Below are positions 33,208 to 38,763 of a stretch of 38,763 bases of DNA, piece after piece. This DNA comes from a virus. The first letter of the stretch is position 1. Each line of letters starts with the position of its first letter. Made by a program: the position numbers and the translations under genes. The notes beneath the pieces are model-generated. The model had not been told where the DNA came from, ran no database searches, and saw only the letters and a program-made list of their open reading frames with translations. Where the stretch lies: IMG/VR virus record IMGVR_UViG_3300045988_151387; one strand, written 5' to 3'.

Positions 33208-33943
33208 TGGGGCAAAGATAAACGGGAAACATATTGAGAAAGACTACGGATGCAGGCTGTTTGAAATTGAAATTGGAATCCCGGAAACCATCTCGAAAAG
33301 AGAACAGCTTCCTGGCAGCAACCAATACATAAATACAGGAAATCAAGGTATTTATGAGCAGCGCCCTATCCGTCTGGCCGGAGATTGTACCGGTGATTAT
33401 GAGCAGTGGCTCAAACAGATTTCGGAGATTGCAGATGATATCAACGGAAAAGAAGTAACCCTGGAGCTGGATGCAGAACCGGGGTTTTATTATTACGGGA
33501 TTGCTTCGGTATCTACAAAGAAGGAAAACGGCGTGATATCCACCTTTGAAATGAACATCCAGGCCGACCCATTTAAATATCAAAATTACCAGGCAGTCAC
33601 GATTAGCCAGGCGACTAGTACAAAGATGGTTGTTCAGGGGGATTTTGAAACACCCTGTATCATAGAACTCACCCCCATAAACGATACCATATCCTTCACT
33701 ATCAAGGGAGCAGCAAGAAATCCTGTTACCGGACAACCGGAGGATATTACCATTAAGAATCTAAAGCAAGGGAAAAAGGTCATCATAGACGGGGAAGCCT
33801 GCACCGTGCTGCAGGGCGTAACGAATAAGTTTGCAGATGCAGACATGTGGGAATTTCCTTCCCTGTTGCCAGGGAATAACACCCTTACCTTTTCCAGCGC
33901 TTTATGTGAAGTCACTATAAAATATAAACCACGTTATTTTTAA
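33207..33943 (+). CDS. Distal tail protein (Dit); the reading frame is broken 2 codons after the start
   Basis: The Dit-like frame is open from 33191 (…INGKHIEKDYGCRLFEIEIGIPE...LELDAEPGFYYYG...) but has no ATG/GTG/TTG before 33533. ATG 33207, with RBS ggagg 9 nt upstream, is in another frame (atg ggg caa aga taa). One extra G in the GGGG run restores a 245-aa protein. Confidence 0.6.
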
Positions 33944-33956
33944 GGAGGAAAACAGT

Positions 33957-34208
33957 ATGTTAAAAGGCAGTAAAAGTGTATCTTTAAGTTTTCAAAGCAT
34001 GGTAGGGGACCAGGTAGCCATCTACATGAGTGCCCAGATTCTGGAAAACGGAAAAAGCAACTCGAACATGACCATTCAGGACCTGGAACTCTACGAAGCA
34101 AATAAGACAGAGTGCAGAAAAGATATGAATGAATTTAATAACATGCTCTGGGAGCTGGAAGACCAGAATGCGAAGGCAGAGGAACCAGGAACGGAGGAAA
34201 TGGTATGA
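33957..34208 (+). CDS. Hypothetical protein in the tail module
   Basis: RBS aaggagg. Confidence 0.55.
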   Translation: MLKGSKSVSLSFQSMVGDQVAIYMSAQILENGKSNSNMTIQDLELYEANKTECRKDMNEFNNMLWELEDQNAKAEEPGTEEMV

Positions 34209-34594
34209 GAGTGAGCAATTTACAGATTTTGACCTTATCCAAAGCCATGCCGGACATCCGGAAGAAGATGCTGCCTATTAAATTGGGCTTTGCCATCAAC
34301 AAGAATATCCAGGCAGTCAAAGGCATCTCGGAAGCCTACAACGAGGAGCAGGGAAAAATCCTGGATAAATACTGTAATAAGGACGAACAGGGGAATTACC
34401 TTGCAAAAGAGGACCGGTATGATATCACAGACTGGGACGGCTACAACAAGGAAATGAAAGAGCTTTTAAAAATCGAAAATGAGGTAGCTGTCCACACCAT
34501 TCCATTGGAAGAAGTGGAAAAGTGCGGTACCGGAAAATTTGACACCTTAACACCAGAAGAGTTGGAACTTCTGGAATTTATGATTGAGGAATAA
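34205..34594 (+). CDS. Hypothetical protein in the tail module
   Basis: RBS ggagga. Overlaps the previous stop. Confidence 0.55.
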   Translation: MRVSNLQILTLSKAMPDIRKKMLPIKLGFAINKNIQAVKGISEAYNEEQGKILDKYCNKDEQGNYLAKEDRYDITDWDGYNKEMKELLKIENEVAVHTIPLEEVEKCGTGKFDTLTPEELELLEFMIEE

Positions 34595-34612
34595 GCGAAA
34601 GGAGGGGCTTAC

Positions 34613-37600
34613 ATGCTTCGTATCCTGGACAAGAACAAAGCCCCTGTAAAAGGCTTACGGGTATATAAAGATTTGTGCATAGAGAGGGTCTTGGAACTGG
34701 ATGATAAGACACTCTCTTTTTCTGTCCCATACCGCAACATCAGGGACAGCCTGGAGTTGGAAGGCTACATAGAGACCAAAACAGACCGGTTTGTGGTAAG
34801 GGAAATGAAAAAGTCCACAGACGGTTATGTAAATGTAGTGGCACAGCTGGATATGGAGGACCTGGAAGGGAAAGCCTTCCGGGTTTTTAAAACCACAGAG
34901 CAGACCATCCAGGCAGCCTTGCAGCTTGCCTTTGCCGGAACGGGATGGACGATAAAAGAAAGCTGCATCACAAAAAAGCGTACTCTGTCCATGTCCAACG
35001 TGTCTGCTATGGAGATTCTAAAGCAGGCATTAAAAACCTATCGGGCAGAGATTACCGTAGATTCTAAAGCACGTACAATCTCCATTTTTGAGTCGGTTGG
35101 ACAGGACAAAGGAGCCTATTTTGCCAGCAAATTAAATTTAAAGAAGCTGACCGTGCAAAGCACCAGTTACGATTTCTACACAGAAATAGAACCTTACGGC
35201 AAAGACGGCCTCACAATCGAATCCGTAAACGGCGGTAAGAATTATGTGAGCAATTACCAGTACAGCAGCAAGAGCAAACGCCTGATCTGGAAGGATGAAC
35301 GTTACACGGTACCGGAATCTTTAAAAGCAGATGCACAGGCAAAGCTCTTGGACATGAGCAAACCTTACAGCTCCTACAGCGCCGATATCATAGACCTGGC
35401 GAAACAGTCTGAGAAATACTCTATCTTAGAATACGGAATTGGGGACACCGTAACCATCCTGGATGGTATTACAGAGACCAGGGAGAAGCAGCGGATTGTT
35501 GGCATCAAAGAATATCCGGAGGAACCAAGCCGGAACACCTGCACCCTGGCAAATAAAGTCCTGACCTTTGATGAGCTGGCGCAAAAGTATGAGGATGCAG
35601 CCAATACGGTAGATAACATTACAAACGATAACGGGCAGATAGACGGGGACACCATAGACGGCATCCACAGCAGGCAGATTGTAGACCTGGAAAATGCCAT
35701 TGTCCAGTCTGCAACGATTATAGACCTGACAACAAAATACTTGCAGGTAACCGGCAAATTAACCGCTGTAGAAGGTGAGTTCGGAAAGCTGACTGCCAAT
35801 GTGGCCGAGTTTGAGCAGGCCACAATTCAGAAACTGGATGCCTTTGAAGCCACTATCCAGGACTTGAAGGTAACGGATTTAAGTGCCATGAATGCCAAAA
35901 TCCAGGTGCTGGAAGCTACCAGTGCAAATATTAAGTCTCTGTTGTCTGGCAATGCAGGAATCGGGGACTTGCAGAACATCCACCTGACCTCTGCCAATGC
36001 GGTGATTGACAGCGCATTGATAAGAAATGCGGTTATGCAGACCGTAACCATTGGGGATTTGCTTGCCGGAACCATTAGTACAAATAAGTTCCGCATCCAG
36101 TCGGATGATGGCGGTATTTCCATTTCAGGGGCAACCCAGCAGTGGAGAGATGCCAAAGGCACAGTAAGGATGCAGGCCGGAAGAGATGCAAAAGGAGACT
36201 TTACCTTTTCCCTCTTTGACGCAACGGGCAAAGGCGTTTTGATAGATGCCACCGGAATTAAACCAGGAGCCATTGCAGATGGATTGATTGTTAATGACAT
36301 GGTAGCCGACAACGCTGCCATTTCAGGGGACAAGCTGGATATTACCAGTGTGATTCAATCCATTAACGGAAGCAAGGAGACTATCAACAGCAGCCGTATC
36401 TGGTTCGATTCTAAAAGCCAGAATCTGAATCAAATATACAGCCAGATGTCCAATGACATTATCGTAGCCGGAAACGCTGCTGATGCCGCCCAGGATGCCG
36501 CGCAAAAAGCTCTGGACGCCATAGACGGGATAGATACCTTAGATGCCATTAGTGCAGTCCTAGACAACGAAGCTCATGTGGTGCACACCAATCCAGATGG
36601 TTCCGGTGGGGATTATTCTGGTGCTGTGACAAAAATAACGGTGTATTCTGGGGATGCAGACGTTTCCGGTCAGGCAACCTATGAGGTCTATAAGTCTGCT
36701 GGAATAACAGGGACATGGGATGCTAAGACACGCACCTACAGAGTAACCGGCATGACTACAGATAACGGATATGTAGATTTAGATGCTCTGTATGGCACAG
36801 GCGGAAAATACGCTGTTACCAGGACGGGTGCAAAGTTAAAAACAAGAACAGGGAAATACCTGGTGGTCCGTACCGGCGGTTCCCATATCCGAAAGAGATT
36901 TTCTGTAAGCAAAGCCAAGGATGGAAAGATAGGGGTATCTTATACCTTGCAGTGCAGCACTTTAGTTCTTCGGAAACAGCAAAATGGCACCTTACAGCCA
37001 GCATCCGTAACCTTTAGCGCCAAATACAATGACGGAACTTTCTTAACCGCCTACTCCGGCAGATACAAGATTGAGGAGAGTGTAGACGGAACCACTTATG
37101 TACAGAAATATCTCTCTGCAAAAGATGAAGCACAGAAAACCTATACCCCTTCCAGTTCGGGGCTGAAATCCATCCGCTGTACCCTCTACGCATCCGGCGG
37201 AGGTGGGGAACTGGACAGCCAGTCGGTGATTGTTCTGACAGATGCGGAAGGTCTAGCCGAGGATATCCAGGAAGTCCGTGAGGGGATGCAGGTGATTAAA
37301 TCGGATGTGACAAATATCCAGACCGGCATGGAGGGAATACGGGCAAATATCTCCAGCATGAGCACAGAACTGACAGGGCTTACCGACAACACACTGCTGT
37401 ACAACATCCAGTACAACGATAATGAAAATAACACCGTAACTCTAACCGCAAAGGTCTACAAAGATGGGAAAGACGTAACAAAGACCTTCCCAAGCCGGTG
37501 GTTTACCTGGTACGCAAAGAGTGAATCTGGGAACAAATATATCGGATATGGGTACGGGATAACGGTAAACAAGAACAACGTAGGCTTTGGAAGCACCTAC

Positions 37601-37705
37601 ATAGGGCGCTTTACTACCTACGAGACACGCCGCCTTACCACACGGAAAGGGGCATACTTAACCACCAGGACAAAGAAGTATCTCACAACCTGGGTGGAAA
37701 ATTGA
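34613..37705 (+). CDS. Tail-associated (Tal) / minor structural tail-tip protein, 1030 aa
   Basis: The N-terminus MLRILDKNKAPVKGL...LSFSVPYRN is typical of the phage minor structural protein N-terminal / prophage-tail region. Central coiled coil. Lies after Dit. Confidence 0.75.
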   Translation: MLRILDKNKAPVKGLRVYKDLCIERVLELDDKTLSFSVPYRNIRDSLELEGYIETKTDRFVVREMKKSTDGYVNVVAQLDMEDLEGKAFRVFKTTEQTIQAALQLAFAGTGWTIKESCITKKRTLSMSNVSAMEILKQALKTYRAEITVDSKARTISIFESVGQDKGAYFASKLNLKKLTVQSTSYDFYTEIEPYGKDGLTIESVNGGKNYVSNYQYSSKSKRLIWKDERYTVPESLKADAQAKLLDMSKPYSSYSADIIDLAKQSEKYSILEYGIGDTVTILDGITETREKQRIVGIKEYPEEPSRNTCTLANKVLTFDELAQKYEDAANTVDNITNDNGQIDGDTIDGIHSRQIVDLENAIVQSATIIDLTTKYLQVTGKLTAVEGEFGKLTANVAEFEQATIQKLDAFEATIQDLKVTDLSAMNAKIQVLEATSANIKSLLSGNAGIGDLQNIHLTSANAVIDSALIRNAVMQTVTIGDLLAGTISTNKFRIQSDDGGISISGATQQWRDAKGTVRMQAGRDAKGDFTFSLFDATGKGVLIDATGIKPGAIADGLIVNDMVADNAAISGDKLDITSVIQSINGSKETINSSRIWFDSKSQNLNQIYSQMSNDIIVAGNAADAAQDAAQKALDAIDGIDTLDAISAVLDNEAHVVHTNPDGSGGDYSGAVTKITVYSGDADVSGQATYEVYKSAGITGTWDAKTRTYRVTGMTTDNGYVDLDALYGTGGKYAVTRTGAKLKTRTGKYLVVRTGGSHIRKRFSVSKAKDGKIGVSYTLQCSTLVLRKQQNGTLQPASVTFSAKYNDGTFLTAYSGRYKIEESVDGTTYVQKYLSAKDEAQKTYTPSSSGLKSIRCTLYASGGGGELDSQSVIVLTDAEGLAEDIQEVREGMQVIKSDVTNIQTGMEGIRANISSMSTELTGLTDNTLLYNIQYNDNENNTVTLTAKVYKDGKDVTKTFPSRWFTWYAKSESGNKYIGYGYGITVNKNNVGFGSTYIGRFTTYETRRLTTRKGAYLTTRTKKYLTTWVEN

Positions 37706-37718
37706 AAGGAGAAATGAT

Positions 37719-38267
37719 ATGGCAGACCAGATGATTAACGGATTACCAGTAAAGACAGCACCACAGGCAGGGGACAAGCTCTTAGTGATAGGGGCAGCGG
37801 AAGAACAATTGATTGATTATGATAAGCTGGCAGATGCTATCCTGAATAAACTGACAAGTAAATCATTTACTTTAGATCAGGGAACTATGACATTACTTGC
37901 TGCACTGAATGCACTAAATAGTAAAATAGAAAGAAGCGGTGGCGTATATGTTGATTTGGGCAGTTGCCTAAAAACAATTGGTTTAGAAATAAAAGAATAT
38001 ACCTGTGAAACATTATTAAAGGCAATGCCACGTAACACCTATCTTCGCTTTACATACAACAAAGAAAGAGATTTGAAGCATATTAGTAATTTACCTATCG
38101 AATACGGTCTTGTAAGTATCTTTGCTGGTAATACAGAGAACTACAATATCATTTTTGCTGTTAGCAACAGACAGTTAGGCGATATCTATTTATATGAACA
38201 AGATGCAAATATTAACGGAGATGATGGCTGGGTGAGGTTTGCAACCACACAAGTCATCAATGAATGA
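37719..38267 (+). CDS. Small tail fibre / receptor-binding protein: constant N-terminal module (aa 1-68) fused to C-terminal cassette A (114 aa)
   Basis: RBS gaaaggag. Lies directly after Tal. N-terminus MADQMINGLPVKTAPQAGDKLLVIG... Site S1 lies at the codons for A65-L-N-S68. Confidence 0.7.
   Translation: MADQMINGLPVKTAPQAGDKLLVIGAAEEQLIDYDKLADAILNKLTSKSFTLDQGTMTLLAALNALNSKIERSGGVYVDLGSCLKTIGLEIKEYTCETLLKAMPRNTYLRFTYNKERDLKHISNLPIEYGLVSIFAGNTENYNIIFAVSNRQLGDIYLYEQDANINGDDGWVRFATTQVINE
37910..37924 (+). repeat. Candidate recombination site S1 (TGCACTAAATAGTAA) inside the expressed gene
   Basis: A 17-bp perfect inverted repeat with 38599-38615. Same 15-bp consensus as S3 and S4. Confidence 0.8.
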
Positions 38268-38293
38268 TATTTAAGTTTCTTTTTCTCCATTTA

Positions 38294-38615
38294 TCATAGT
38301 AATGTTTTTATATCCAAAAAGCCTGTATGAATAATAAGCATTTCAGAACTTTGTATAAAATTTGCACGAACTTCCCCGGTTTCCTGGTCTACAGACCACT
38401 CTTTCGTACCGGAGGTTCTGGCGACAAAGCCTCTGCCTGGGTCATAATGTGCTGCAACTACCTCATGAATCACTCCGGACGTATTGTCACATCCAACTAT
38501 TATAGCGGAACGTTTCGCCCATGATACTTTTGGAATTTTTAAGGCAAGCCCTTTTCCAGAAGTGCCTAGGCTAATGTGTTTACAGCTCATACCAGAAGTT
38601 TTACTATTTAGTGCA
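38294..38615 (-). other. Silent C-terminal cassette B (about 102 aa after ALNS), inverted orientation
   Basis: The reverse complement reads cgt gca cta aat agt aaa act = RALNSKT, in phase. The only upstream start is a GTG abutting aggag with zero spacing, so independent translation is unlikely. Confidence 0.65.
38601..38615 (-). repeat. Candidate recombination site S2 (reverse complement TGCACTAAATAGTAA), inverted orientation
   Basis: The plus strand reads ttactatttagtgca. It is identical to S1 over 17 bp as a reverse complement. Confidence 0.8.
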
Positions 38616-38620
38616 CGAGA

Positions 38621-38667
38621 CACCTCCTGATTTTGGTATCATAAAAATATCAAAAAAACAGGAGGTG
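38621..38667 (+). promoter_or_regulatory. 9-bp perfect inverted repeat cacctcctg / caggaggtg; the distal arm is the recombinase Shine-Dalgarno
   Basis: Arms at 38621-38629 and 38659-38667 with a 29-nt A/T-rich spacer. The spacer contains a possible extended -10 (tggtatcat, 38634-38642). Confidence 0.45.
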
Positions 38668-38671
38668 CCTT

Positions 38672-38763
38672 ATGAAAACAGAGGTAATAACGGCTATCTT
38701 ACAGCAGATGGCTCCGCATCTAAAGGAAAGCCAGATGGCAGAGTTAAAAGGGGCGTTGTATAT
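38672..38763 (+). CDS. 5' end of the tyrosine recombinase gene (continues at base 1 through the 55-bp overlap)
   Basis: ATG 38672 lies 5 nt after caggaggtg. MKTEVITAILQQMAPHLKESQMAELKG... is in frame with ORF 27..956. Confidence 0.85.
   Translation, partial: MKTEVITAILQQMAPHLKESQMAELKGALY
38709..38763. repeat. Terminal overlap copy (identical to 1-55)
   Basis: See feature 1-55. Confidence 0.95.

Noticed and set aside
34613-38267. Diversity-generating retroelement as the source of tail-protein variation
   Set aside because: No reverse transcriptase ORF exists anywhere in the 38.7 kb, and no template/variable repeat pair with adenine-specific differences was seen. The variation mechanism indicated by the sequence is site-specific inversion.
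38623-38623. GTG at 38623 as a genuine start for the minus-strand ORF 38294..38623
   Set aside because: The only purine-rich element (aggag) abuts the GTG with zero spacing. The next in-frame ATG (M12) has no RBS. Reading it as a start-less cassette headed by site S2 is more consistent.
1-38763. tRNA, rRNA, CRISPR arrays, IS elements
   Set aside because: Scanning by eye found no cloverleaf-like segments in the intergenic regions. No regularly spaced direct repeats and no transposase ORFs were found either. A tRNAscan or CRISPR-finder run would be needed to be certain.

Overview
The window is a complete, circularly closed genome of a temperate siphovirus-like tailed phage. Bases 1-55 are identical to 38709-38763, so the unique length is 38,708 bp. 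Strong GGAGG-type ribosome binding sites and the gene content point to a Firmicutes/Clostridia host. No searches were run; every family assignment comes from motifs read in the translations.

Gene order:
- Lysis: holin, then a GH25/CW_7/LysM endolysin.
- Lysogeny module on the minus strand: large serine recombinase, a Hol-Tox-like mini-toxin, a TM2-TPR membrane protein, an ImmA-like protein and a CI-like repressor, facing a Cro-like gene.
- Early/replication: HUH rolling-circle Rep, RNase H-like, HNH-like, SSB, a C5 DNA methyltransferase with several target-recognition repeats, YopX, and many small Cys-rich ORFs.
- An AT-rich DUF2971-like moron.
- Packaging and head: TerS, TerL, portal, Mu-F/gp7-like minor capsid protein, Prp protease, scaffold, major capsid.
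- Tail: connectors, tail tube, chaperones, tape measure, Dit, Tal.

The most interesting signal spans the window junction (37719..38763 plus 1..1681). An intact tyrosine recombinase gene sits among four copies of a 15-bp site, TGNNCTAAATAGTAA, in alternating orientation. The first copy lies inside a 182-aa tail protein gene at the codons for ALNS. The other three each head a promoterless, start-less ORF of about 100 aa in exactly the same codon phase. This is the architecture of a shufflon, or of an hsdS-type multi-inversion switch. It could put four alternative C-terminal, presumably receptor-binding, domains onto one constant N-terminal tail-anchoring module. The large serine recombinase, with a dyad-symmetric attP-like site beside it, is the likelier integrase.

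Other points worth checking:
- A candidate type I toxin plus a promoter/terminator-bounded small RNA.
- A start-proximal frameshift in the Dit gene at a G4 run.
- Prp cleavage motifs (LQLFA) in both scaffold and capsid.
- An anti-Shine-Dalgarno inverted repeat in front of the tyrosine recombinase.

No tRNA, rRNA, CRISPR array or reverse transcriptase was seen.
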